Positions 12,371-22,913 of a stretch of 47,503 nucleotides of DNA are shown in pieces. Position numbers and translations under genes: made by a program. Origin of the DNA: Trypethelium eluteriae (lineage: Eukaryota); the NCBI GenBank assembly GCA_051942245.1, contig JAVECL010000129.1:1-47503 (forward strand). The letters are read 5' to 3'. A model generated the notes under the pieces. It did no database searches, was not told where the DNA came from, and saw nothing but the letters and a program-made list of their open reading frames with translations. Position 1 is the stretch's first letter. Every line of letters begins with the position of its first letter.

Positions 12371-14467
12371 ATGCCGACTCTGGGGAGTCTATATCAAGGC
12401 CTTGGAAACGATCAGACTCGCGTCTTCGTACTGCACCCCCGATGCGTAGATGAGGATATTCAGATAACATTACGCGAGGTTTCATTCAACGCTCTTGAGC
12501 AATATGAAGCGATATCTTATCCTTGGGAGGGTCAAGAACCCAGCAAAAATATTTTATGTAATGGACAAGAGATCCAGGTCACGGAAAACTTGTTCGACAC
12601 CCTCCGAAAGTTCCGATTTCGAGGACTCCCGAGGATATTATGGGCGGATGCTCTGTGCATCGACCAAAATAACAATCGCGAGCGGAGTCACCAGGTCCAA
12701 TCCATGCACCGCATCTTTTCTGGCGTCAAACGAGTCTTAGTTTGGCTTGGGAAAGAGAGCTCACGCGACGAACAAGCAATTTCCTCGGTCTCGGAGATCG
12801 CACCAATCGCGAGATATTTCTCTAACGACTTCCTTTTACATTTTATCTTGAAGTATAGCTACTTCGACAAGTTGCGGCCACTGTTTGAACGAGGATACTT
12901 TCTGCGTCTCTGGGTGGTCCAAGAGACAGTTCTCGCCAAAGAAGTTGTACTCCCTCTTGGAGATATTGATATCTCTTGGGACCTACTTCTTATCTTGGCA
13001 AGGCTTTACATTAGGTCTGACAGAGATCTAATGTACCATCCTGCCAGCCTTCGAGGCGTCAGGAGAATCCTTGCAATGGCGAGTGCTAGGCAAGAGATCG
13101 GTCATCTACGCCAGTCTTCACATCAGAATCTCCAGGCTTGTTCCGAAACTCCGTTCCTAAGTTGGTTCAGCATCCTACACATCACCATCAATCTGCGCCA
13201 ATTCGAAGTCACTGATCCTAGGGACCGTGTTTTCGCACTTCTCGGCTTAATATATCCAGATAAAGATATTTTTCAATCAGACTACTCCTTAACTCTCTGG
13301 AGGACTTTCCGAGCGGCGACACTGGCTAATTTCCGCCCATTGGTATGGGATGTCCCATCATACCGTAATGTCGAAAGGTCTGATTCAATGGATTCCGGAA
13401 TGTTGCCGCTTCCTTGGCTTCGCACTGGACTGCACAGAAGCTCCAAAGCGCCCACGTGGGTCGTAGACTTCAATTCATTCGCAGCTTGCCAATGGGCCAA
13501 ACATGCGGTTGGTTACGGGTGGTACGCGGGTGGCATACAGTCTATGAGAGCGAGTCCAAATCTTTCCGATGAGCTTCTCTTGCGAACTAGTGGGGTCCCA
13601 ATAGGTACAATTGTGAGTTTGCTGGATATTGTGGGCCCTCAAGGCGAGTTCTTAGGTACGAGTTTCGTGGCAGCAGCCTCTGAGGATCTTCAAGTCGCTA
13701 TTGAGACACGACATGTACGGCGCGTTGAATTGGAGGTCTTCGACGAATTTGCTGAGTTTTTAGTTCGAGTACGCAAGTTTGTGGATTACATCAAGGGAGT
13801 AGCAGTTTCTGAACGGGATCTAGCTGAGGAATGCAGCTTTCTATGCGGACAATCCTGCGCCGAAATCAGTGAAGCAGATGCCCTTAAAGCCGGTTATTGT
13901 GCAATTTTGGACCTTATAGCAGCTATGGATCAATTTTCGGGCAACGTTTTGGGCAACATCTTGTCGGCCATATCTTTCAGCATTGATGACGGAAAGTTGA
14001 GCCGGGATGCCATTCGACAGATGGCCAGGTTCAAGTATGCAATGGAATTCTGGACAGGGCCTATCGGGTCTTCGATGACGGATCATCGCCAGTTCCAGAT
14101 AGGACGTCTGGACGGCGGCACCCTCGTCTGGGTCCCAAAGACCCCGCACGATAAAATACAGCCTGGTCGGGACTCTATTCACGTCTTCGAAGGTGCTATC
14201 ATGCCTACAGTGTTACGTGCCTACCCTTGGTGCGTGGTCGATCAGCAGCAGTTCTCAATTAGCCCCACGACGTACGAAGTCCTTGGTCCTGCTTATGTTC
14301 AAGGATATATGAAGGGAGAGGTCATGTACGGTGCATGTAACGAAAAAGCATTTGGGCTGGCGGAGTCACTACGACTTGGAGTTTCGTTACAGGACTTATG
14401 GCCTGGGCACAAGGAATTGTGTGAGAGGTCTGACGGACCTAGGGTCATGCCATATCAGCTATGTTGA
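12371..14467 (+). CDS. HET-domain (heterokaryon incompatibility, HET-6-like) protein
   Basis: Intronless ORF from ATG 12371. HET motifs YEAISYPW, LWADALCIDQ, ERSHQVQSMHRIF, YFLRLWVVQE, TDPRDRVFALLGL, PTWVVDF and C-terminal VLGPAYVQGYMKGE. Confidence 0.92.
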   Translation: MPTLGSLYQGLGNDQTRVFVLHPRCVDEDIQITLREVSFNALEQYEAISYPWEGQEPSKNILCNGQEIQVTENLFDTLRKFRFRGLPRILWADALCIDQNNNRERSHQVQSMHRIFSGVKRVLVWLGKESSRDEQAISSVSEIAPIARYFSNDFLLHFILKYSYFDKLRPLFERGYFLRLWVVQETVLAKEVVLPLGDIDISWDLLLILARLYIRSDRDLMYHPASLRGVRRILAMASARQEIGHLRQSSHQNLQACSETPFLSWFSILHITINLRQFEVTDPRDRVFALLGLIYPDKDIFQSDYSLTLWRTFRAATLANFRPLVWDVPSYRNVERSDSMDSGMLPLPWLRTGLHRSSKAPTWVVDFNSFAACQWAKHAVGYGWYAGGIQSMRASPNLSDELLLRTSGVPIGTIVSLLDIVGPQGEFLGTSFVAAASEDLQVAIETRHVRRVELEVFDEFAEFLVRVRKFVDYIKGVAVSERDLAEECSFLCGQSCAEISEADALKAGYCAILDLIAAMDQFSGNVLGNILSAISFSIDDGKLSRDAIRQMARFKYAMEFWTGPIGSSMTDHRQFQIGRLDGGTLVWVPKTPHDKIQPGRDSIHVFEGAIMPTVLRAYPWCVVDQQQFSISPTTYEVLGPAYVQGYMKGEVMYGACNEKAFGLAESLRLGVSLQDLWPGHKELCERSDGPRVMPYQLC

Positions 14468-14772
14468 GCTAGCAATGACACGTATGAAAAGCGCTAGCTC
14501 TATCTCATCCGATATCTCGTTGCATGCTGGAAATGGCTAGTCGGATGGAGTATCGTGGCTGGTCATCACGTAATTAAAATTCATGTAGCCAAATCCGCAG
14601 CTGCAGGTATTCAGAATCCCTCAGATCTTCCGGCATCGAAAAGTGAGGCACTCTAGACCATAGATCAAACCCGGTATCCTTTTGTTTTCAGTGAGAGAGC
14701 TCCGTACCATATCCATCTGACGACGTTTTTCACTTCGCGGACGTCGAGGAGACGGATAGACGATGAGACCCT

Positions 14773-16020
14773 TTACCTCAGCCGCGGCGGGCTCTTATTA
14801 CCTACGTCCTTCTCTGATAATTTTGTATGTTCTTTCTTGGCCTGCTCATATCCATCGTACCAGCGCACCCCCTCGAAAGGAAGCATCGACCAATGCCTCA
14901 ACATCATCTCCTGCCTCTCAGTCGGCTCTGCTCTGACAAAAGCATACAGTCTCCGATCCTTTTGTTCTCCAGCGAAACAAGGACTTGGATTTTCCTGCTC
15001 CACTTGCACTTCCGCGCCAAAGGGAATGGCGATTAACGTCGTTTCACTTCCATCTGGCTCCGAGCGACTACCTCTGCTCTTTAGCGAATCCGCTTCGAAG
15101 TTATGGACCGTCCACCAAGTGCTAAGCACTAGTAGAACAACGGTATATATTTGCGTGATAAGCGTGCACATGCCCAAGACGCAGACATGGGCACCGAAGG
15201 CGGCCCAGCCGATCCAGCGGACAAAGTGGTATATGTTCGGATTCTGCACGGGTAAATCCCGGGTGAAGGTACTGAGAATACTCCGAGGCGTATAGATCGT
15301 GACCATTCTGCCATCTGCCCGAGTGACAAAGAGCTTGACAACATCATTACTTGAAGGTTGGCTTGACTCTCGGTGTAAGTCAGCAGCTTCCGTTTCAATC
15401 TCAGAGGGCTTCTTCTCATGCAGAGGCAATTGGGGCTTGATCCGAGGCACCGCTACGTCCGCGAAAGCTTGTCGCAGCTCGGACAACAGAATCGCGCGGA
15501 CTAAGATGGAAGCAATTATTGCAAAAGTGTTACCCAATCCAAACCAGTCACCCATGAGGATGGTAATGACAAGTAACGGCGCGATAGCCAAAAGGCTAAT
15601 GAGTAAAGCGAGGGATTTCGACGGCTGGGGTGAGATAGACTGAGAGCCCAGCCTCCATCGGAAAGTCGTGGTGCCTGAGTTAATCTTTTGAGAGCTCAAC
15701 CATCGCGTGAACCATCCCTTTAATTCGGTTGTGTAAATGCCGTCCGTGATGTTGTATAAAGCATAGCCAGACTGCTCGTCGGTGAAGCGGTCTCCCGCGA
15801 TAATGAAAGCCGCGAGTAAAGGCAAATACTCAGTAAAGCGACGTCTCTGCAAAGTTCCGACGCTTTTATTCACTTCATCCGCACCGAGGAGTGTGACGAG
15901 ACCAAGGGCATCGATGCGGAACGGATTCCACTGTTTCAAAGTTTCCCATGGCATCACGATGTCTCGTCTCGTGAATAAGCGCAGAGCATCCATACTGTTC
16001 GGAATAGGAGCCATCAGCAT
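14773..16020 (-). CDS. Uncharacterised fungal membrane protein (about 4 TM helices)
   Basis: 415-aa ORF; the true start may be a later Met such as MPWETLK. Hydrophobic pairs SLALLISLLAIAPLLVITILMG / WFGLGNTFAIIASILVRAILL and WIGWAAFGAHVCVLGM / LITQIYTVVLLVLSTWW. N-terminal block IDALGLVTLLGADEV...LYNITDGI...GWFTRWL. Confidence 0.75.
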   Translation of the reverse strand: MLMAPIPNSMDALRLFTRRDIVMPWETLKQWNPFRIDALGLVTLLGADEVNKSVGTLQRRRFTEYLPLLAAFIIAGDRFTDEQSGYALYNITDGIYTTELKGWFTRWLSSQKINSGTTTFRWRLGSQSISPQPSKSLALLISLLAIAPLLVITILMGDWFGLGNTFAIIASILVRAILLSELRQAFADVAVPRIKPQLPLHEKKPSEIETEAADLHRESSQPSSNDVVKLFVTRADGRMVTIYTPRSILSTFTRDLPVQNPNIYHFVRWIGWAAFGAHVCVLGMCTLITQIYTVVLLVLSTWWTVHNFEADSLKSRGSRSEPDGSETTLIAIPFGAEVQVEQENPSPCFAGEQKDRRLYAFVRAEPTERQEMMLRHWSMLPFEGVRWYDGYEQAKKEHTKLSEKDVGNKSPPRLR

Positions 16021-17058
16021 TGAAACACCTGCATCATAGAAACAACAATAGGTCTGAATGGAAGTATGTTGTGTATCCAGTGACCAGCTTACATAGAGAA
16101 GATCATTTTTGCAATTTTGGATTTCTCGAGAGCTTCAACACCGAATACGTGGGTAGGTATCTGCCTGCTTGGCAGTGGCGATGCATGCTGCAGCTCTGCA
16201 GCTAGGTCCACCAGTTTGAGCTGCAAGGCAGATTTCAACAAAGAGGCGTAAGTCGGAGGGGCAGAATCGGGCGCAATCCAATCCTACCAGGCCACGCAGA
16301 TCCAAGCGGTCACTCCGGTGTCGGCACCCAGACTCTAATTCGCCGGCTGCTTAATGATGGGGCGGCGCATGTCGCACCAGCAGATAATTGGCCGCATTCT
16401 TTCCTATACGGAAATGGAAGTTGGTAGATGAGTAAGGAGGAGATCTTACGTCCGGTAGCTCACGTTGTTCTGTCTCTTGAGGATCCTACGTTCGGAATAA
16501 TTTCCAGTATGGGCGATAGAATTGGGGTGGTAATGTTAATAGAGTGGGTATCGTAGGGTATGGAGAACGCGAGTACAGGAATCTGACTCGAACAGTTGCA
16601 AGATCTGTCTAAATATATTTTAGAAGGGTGGTTATGATGGGGTAGAGATTTTCAGTATCCGTAAAGACTACCGTATGGAGGATTAGAGTAAATTGCCGAC
16701 AGGGTGACCCACTGGAGAAGAGCGATAGTAAAAAGAAATTTCTGTGCCAGGACAGCGGTCTCCGATGTCAAGAATTACACAATAATGATTGGACAGGAAT
16801 GGATATTTGTATAGGTATGCAATCCCTAGTTGATCTTCCGTCTAATCCACAGCCTAACCAGTGATCACGGAAGGCTCCAGGGAAAAAAAGGTGGTCCAGA
16901 GATAAATGACCGAGTGGTAATATTAATTAGGCGATACAAATGCACAAGGATCCGACGAGCAAACAAAACAGTCAATGAATAGATATCTATATCTCTATCT
17001 ATATCTAAATTCTTGAACAGCTAGTGCGGACATCGCTGTTGCAGAATGAACTGCTGCA

Positions 17059-18471
17059 TTATGTTCTTCCTCCGAGAACGTCCTTAAGGCCCTGCATACC
17101 AGGGCCCATGCCACCGCTTGCAAAGTACTTGAGCGTTTCGATACCTCCATCGAGTCCATCGGAATCATCTCGAATGTCGAAGTTACCATAACCACCAACT
17201 GCAACCGCCCGCCCTTGATATCCTTGTTAGCTTACGAATATAAAGTAAAGCAGAATGTGTAACGGTAAGCTTACCCTCAGCCCTCTCATCAGCCAGCAGC
17301 CGCATTACGGCATCCACCGCCTGGCCCACACTTGCAAGCTTTGCGCCTCGCTCTTCCAGCGCATCAGCGACGGGGAGAATGACCTGAGTGGGCATGAACG
17401 TAGGGGCAATCAAATTTGTTCGGTAACCCATTTGGCGAATTTCCTGGATAACACATTGGTCAGCTTCTTAGATGATTATCGTATAGCACCAGTCTTTGCT
17501 TACTTCACGAATCGTTTTCCACAGACCCCTCACTCCAAACTTTGACGCACTGTAGTCCGCCATAGGCGGAATCTCCAGATATGACGCCAGTGATCCAATG
17601 AAAAGAAGCTGCCTTCGCATTCGTCCTGGTATGACAGGAGACGGAAGACGAAAATAGTGCAGCGATAACAGAGTTGTATAGTAGACACCCTTGAGCACAA
17701 CATCAAAGGTGTCATTGGCTGGGGGTTCTGGGTCCTTATCCAGAGACACCGACTTCGAAAGCTGCAATGGGAAGCCAGCTAAGCCTGCACAAGGGATTAC
17801 GATATCGATGCCGCAGGTTGGATGCATCGAATATGCTGCTTTGAAGGCGTTGACTTGCGAATTCCAGTCTGTTACGTCGGTCTTCACAAAAGTCGTGCTG
17901 CAAATTGGTGTGGTCAGTGTCAAGTAGGGCCCAGGGGACTAGGTATTCAAAGAGTCCTGGAGAAAATTGTGATCGGATGAAGCACTCTTCATACTGTTAC
18001 GCCGCGCAAAAAAAAAAAACATGAAATTCTTGAATAGGCCGACACAGACTCATGAGATGGAACATGTGAAGCTTACCGAAAGCCCTTGTCATTGAGATCT
18101 TTGGATACCTTCTCGCCATTCTCCAAATTCAGGTCAGCGATGGTCACTCTCGCACTGAAAGCGTTTAGTATCGTGAGCATGAGAGTGGAAAACTGTGACA
18201 CAAACCCATATTCTGCAAGCCGTGATGTTATATGAGCACCTAAACCATTCGCTCCACCAGTGACCAATACGTTGAGATCTGTCAGACAAGACAGATCGAG
18301 CGGCGCAGAGAAGTCTACTTTCTCGGTACTGGCTGTTGGACCATTCTCGGCGGCGACTATCTGGCCGTTCTCAACGCTGGCTGTTTGGCCGTTGTCAATA
18401 ACAGTCGTGTGGCCGTTTTGAGCGCTGCCTGTTTGACCGAAGCCATTTGTTGATTGATGATTGTCTGCCAT
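17059..18471 (-). CDS. Short-chain dehydrogenase/reductase (classical SDR), multi-exon
   Basis: Rossmann motif VLVTGGANGLG, then TIADLN, KTDVT, IPCAG, FIGSLAS and catalytic YSASK. A 179-nt intron lies at 17898-18076. Last exon GRAVAVGG...DVLGGRT* with TAA at 17059-17061. Confidence 0.92.
18322..18417 (-). repeat. Four imperfect 24-nt tandem repeats in the SDR N-terminus (NGHTTVID/NGQTASVE/NGQIVAAE/NGPTASTE)
   Basis: Minus-strand units aacggccacacgactgttattgac, aacggccaaacagccagcgttgag, aacggccagatagtcgccgccgag, aatggtccaacagccagtaccgag. Confidence 0.85.
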
Positions 18472-18989
18472 GAGTACTGCGATCTTTCAAGAGGAACGAT
18501 GTGATCTTCAATGACCAGAATGTGGAATCAAAGCCAGCCGCTGTTGATATTAGTTCCTTGATTGCTCAAAAGCAATTCTGCATGCAGGATGATGTTGGAT
18601 CTAGGCTAATGCCGTGAGGGTGCATGCATACGATCTACGCTTGCTGTCATGCTGGAGCTTCTCAATTTAGCTTTTCTGTACGTTCAACGTGTTGAATCCT
18701 TCACAATTCCTTATCTGCAGTGATCTTGTCGAGACTACCGAGAATCTTCAGTCCAGACCCATTCTTTACAAAAAGCGGTGAAGCTCGTGTTCGGCTACAA
18801 TGTGTGATGAGAACAGTGTCCGCACCAAGGAGTCAACGGCATTGGCGGCTGCTGCCTGCTCCAAGGAAAGCTAATGACGATGATTGGTAACAGTATAGGT
18901 TTTGGGTGGAACGCAGTAGCCATATCTGCAAGCTTGCACCATAGTGAAAGCATACATTGGTAAAGCTGATGCTGTAATCGGACAAAGAC

Positions 18990-19375
18990 GTTGAGAGCAG
19001 ACATTGCTATTGCTTGCAAGCGAAGGAGCTCGCCTGGTTCTCGGATATGCAACGTGGTCCTCATCAATACTAATCGCATGTGTTGCGAATGATCTCCGCG
19101 AAAAGAACAAAGTCCATGTCATTTCGGTACAGATCGACCTCAGTGACCTCGTGGGCCCTTGCATCCTCATGGCAAAAGCAAAGCACTTTCGCAGATTGAG
19201 CCCTGCAGAGCTCGTAAATGACATCATCATCATCAACAACATCAACGACGCAAGAATACCTGAGATCGCGACCCTTGGCGACATCATGCTCGAACATGAC
19301 ATTCTACATCAGTAGTACCGCATCAATGTCTTCATTCCTTCTCTTCTAGCACAAGCCGCGCTTGTCTGGAGCCCC
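18990..19375 (+). pseudogene. Decayed SDR (3-oxoacyl-ACP reductase-like) fragment
   Basis: Translation ADIA/(frameshift)LLASEGARLVLGY...VISVQIDLSDLVGP...DIIIINN...LGDI...Q*YRINVFIPSLLAQAAL follows the SDR N-terminal layout (QADL, DIIINNA, YxINV...LLxQAAL). In-frame TAG at 19313-19315; no intact TGxxxGIG or YxxxK. Confidence 0.65.
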
Positions 19376-20934
19376 CACACAATGGCTCAGAGCACGTCGT
19401 GAAGTTCTAGAGCACGCCTAACGCTGGCAGTTGTGTAGCGTAGTCGGACTGCGGGACGACAGCGGCGGCGCTGGAGGCCTCAACGTGAATCTGGGGGCGG
19501 GAACGGCGCAAGGGCGTGATCGAGAGTGCCGTCGACTCAGACGCTGCCAAGATGGGTATGTTCGAAAGGAGGAGCCGCGGGTTCCGCATGGGGATTTCAC
19601 ACATGGTGGAGCTGACGCCACTGGCGAGACTAGGCGAGCACGTCAAAAGCGACAGCATGATAAGGGATTGGGGGGCCTGAGCGTCGTCAGCAGAGTGTGG
19701 TGATGCACTCTGCTTCTATGAACGTTCCTCGATACGGAGAGGTACCCATTGCAAGTTTGACAGGAAGGATTCGCAACGGTCGAGGGAAGGGCCGCGATTG
19801 TAGGGATAATATGTGGACCGAAGGTGGGATAGTGTCCCAGGAGCGTGGGTTACGTAAATGGAAGCATGCAATTCATCTCGTGAATTAAGCTAAGTAGAGT
19901 AAGGGGCGAAACGTGAAAGTGGAAATTTAGGACATCGTGCTCCATCAGATACACCACTCGGTGTGGGCAGGAGTACTGGTTCCGGGTAATCAGCGAAGGT
20001 CTACCGTAAATAGCATAGAAGGCACAGCACCGGCTTATGAATTTGTAAGGATCGGGGAATCTCACTGCAGACGTGTTAGTGATGGGAGTAGGTCGTCGTG
20101 TTGGTAGTGCGAGTCATTGTGTTAATGGAGTGGGTCTTAATTTTTGATAAAGCGGGTCGATGGAGCGAGAGAGTAAGTTGAAATGATAAGAGTGCGTGAG
20201 TAGGCGGAGTTTATGGCACCAAGGTCTGATCGATTGGATGGGATGTAGAGAGAGCTAAGGTAGGTTGTAGCAGCTAGAGTAGCTTAAGGGTGGTGAGTGC
20301 AGTGAGTGCAGAAGACGAGAGCAGGGTGGTGACCACCAAGCTTCATCACGTGAAAGCCGGGGTCTGCAGGCGCTGCGGCCTTTCCCTCAGCGCTAGCCGA
20401 GAACGTGCTGGCTCGCCGACATTCGGCCGAGGCGCCGATCTGCGGCCTATGCACGGCCAACGCTCGGTGGGATGAGGTACAGTACGTACTGCTACCTACC
20501 GACGACTTCTTACCACCCCCGATGCACTTGCAATGTATCACCGTATGATCAACGGCCTCAATGAGCGGCAGTGTTGGCGAGCAGCTAGTCGTTGAAACGT
20601 CTGCCCGGGATGCTCAATGTACCTCCAAAGCAAAACATCCATCAGGTTTCCCCATTCGTTGAAGCTATAGCGACGTCCCGAGTTAGACCGTGGAAGGTAG
20701 GGAGCATCGGACTCATCTCGATAATTGAACCCTCCATAGGCTCTCTGGATACAGATCACTACCTGGCTGATACGGGCATGTCTGGTGAAGGTGGAACTGT
20801 TGGGAGATGTGTACAGCTGATCGGAAGAAAGGTGAGCACTTCAATTGGTAGCAACCCTGGTTTTCCATACATACTACAACGAGCTTCATATGGCGTGAGG
20901 TCGTCCACACCATTTAAGATACACCAACCCTAGC

Positions 20935-20954
20935 TGATCAACACGTGTTGATCA
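20935..20954. promoter_or_regulatory. Perfect 20-bp palindrome TGATCAACACGTGTTGATCA with a central CACGTG
   Basis: The palindrome is read directly from the sequence, about 460 bp upstream of the O-methyltransferase ATG. A regulatory role is inferred. Confidence 0.4.
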
Positions 20955-21413
20955 CCGGCGACTGGTAAGAGCTGGAGAAATATTCCCTCCAGATCGCTCG
21001 AACTTCTGCAAACTAACCATGCAGACCTTTATCTTTGGGAGGGGACGTGTTTGGAAAGACTGCTCCTCACACCGGCAGGCTTGCACTTGCACCGTTCGAA
21101 CCATGCGCTGGCACGAGACGTTGCGTATGCGCTTTGGATGTATTGTGACGATATGTCGGTTTCCATGGGTGCAGCATCGAAGCTGACATTGCCGACCAAA
21201 TTGGCTGCAGATTGACGCTTGATGTACATTGACGGACCGAGCCTTTGAGGAAACTAGCCATATTTAAGCCACGACGATGTCCTGGCACGATGTGGACCTT
21301 CACCGAGTTATCATTTTCTACAACATCCTACTCATTAGTTTCCAGCCAGCATTGCTATTCTATCATCTGCCCCACAAAGGTCTTAGCTATTCCGCACAAC
21401 AGACCCATCCATC

Positions 21414-22913
21414 ATGTCTCCGACTCTCGACATCTTCATCCAAGAGGTTCAGCGTCTGGCTGATGCGGACAAGCACGGCGTAGCAGGTGCACACGAGGAG
21501 TTGATCGAGGCTATCAGCCGTCTCCATTATGCAGCGTCAACACCATGGGAGGTTCTCTGGGAGGAGCGGTTTCAGGTATTACTCATTCCGTCCAGTGATA
21601 TGCAGGCTATCCCTCTTACAACTTGTATCTGTAGATGCTCAACCCGCTATGCACACGCATTGCCCTTGAAATCGGTGCTCTAGATGTCTTAGTCCGCAAG
21701 GGAGGCAATCCTGTCACGTCTGCAGAGCTTGCTAAAGAGACGAAATACGACCAGCAGGCAATTGGTTAGTTCATTCCATCTGGAAGTCTCTGGGCTTATG
21801 GCTCACGTCCCCTACTTTGGAATTTCTGTGCTGACAAGAGCACAACAAACAGAGCGTATCATGCGTGTTGTGACTCGCATCCACATCGCCTCCGAAGTAG
21901 GTGATAGCATCTACCGTGCCAATGAATCAACGGGCCTTTTGGTGAACAGGGAGGGTATCGCGGGCGAGAAATACTTGTTAGTCCCAAACTTCAATCTACC
22001 CCATTCCAAAACTTATTCAACCCATTGACTAGTAGGTTTGGCTATCTGACGAGATGAGTTTGTGTGCAGTTTCGACTTCCTCTTCCCAATTGGAGCGAAC
22101 ATCGTTCCTTGCTTGAAGGAAAATGGACTTCAACAGTTCCATAACCCGAACGCCAAGACGCCGTTCGAGTATACCTTCGGAGCCCCTATTTTCGACTACC
22201 TCTCTAACCCTAAGCATCTGGAGTCCAAGCAAATCTTCGACTCCCTGATGCACGGCCGTCGTAAGGGCGCACCTATCCAGTGGTTCGACACCTACCCCGC
22301 CGCCCGTGAACTTCGCGTCAGCGCAAAGAACGCCACGGATGGCGTCGCGACCAATGGTACCTCCAACGGCACCTCCAACGGCGACAGCAACGAGGTTCTC
22401 CTTGTTGACATAGCGGGCAACAAAGGCCACGATCTGCTCGCCTTCTCTCAGACGATCGCCCATACGCCAGGCCAGCTCGTGCTCGAAGACTTGCCTCTGA
22501 CCTTCTCCCAGATCCATCCAGAGCAGAACGAGGCGCTCAAGGAGGCAGGCATTCGCCTGCAAGAATACGATTTCTTTACGCCTCAGCCTGTGAAGGGAGC
22601 CCGTGCCTACTTCTTTCGCGACATCTGCCATGACTGGAGCGACGCCTATACCGAGCGCTTCCTGGCACGGACCGCTGAGGCGATGACGCCAGGGTACTCG
22701 AAGCTGCTGATCGAGGACCACGTAGTGGACGACATTGGGGCGCATCATCGGCCGGCGGCTAGCGATGTGCTGATGATGTTAGTACTGAGCGGGATCGAGA
22801 GGACGAGGAAGCAGTGGTACGCGATGCTGGAGAAGATTGGATTGGAAATTGTGCACATCTGGCCAAGTAAGAGAGGCCACCAGAGTGTCATTGAAGCGAT
22901 CAAGAGGGCGTGA
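21414..22913 (+). CDS. SAM-dependent O-methyltransferase (Methyltransf_2 type, secondary-metabolism class), 4 exons
   Basis: Exons approx 21414-21576, 21635-21765, 21853-21976 and 22070-22913. Dimerisation/wHTH segment RIALEIGALDVL...TSAELAKET. Motifs LLVDIAGNKGHD, LVLEDLP, YDFFTPQPVKGARAYFFRDICHDW, GYSKLLI, GIERT. Confidence 0.93.

Noticed and set aside
22029..22748. 239-aa minus-strand ORF
   Set aside because: Antisense to the GC-biased O-methyltransferase exon; no recognisable domain.
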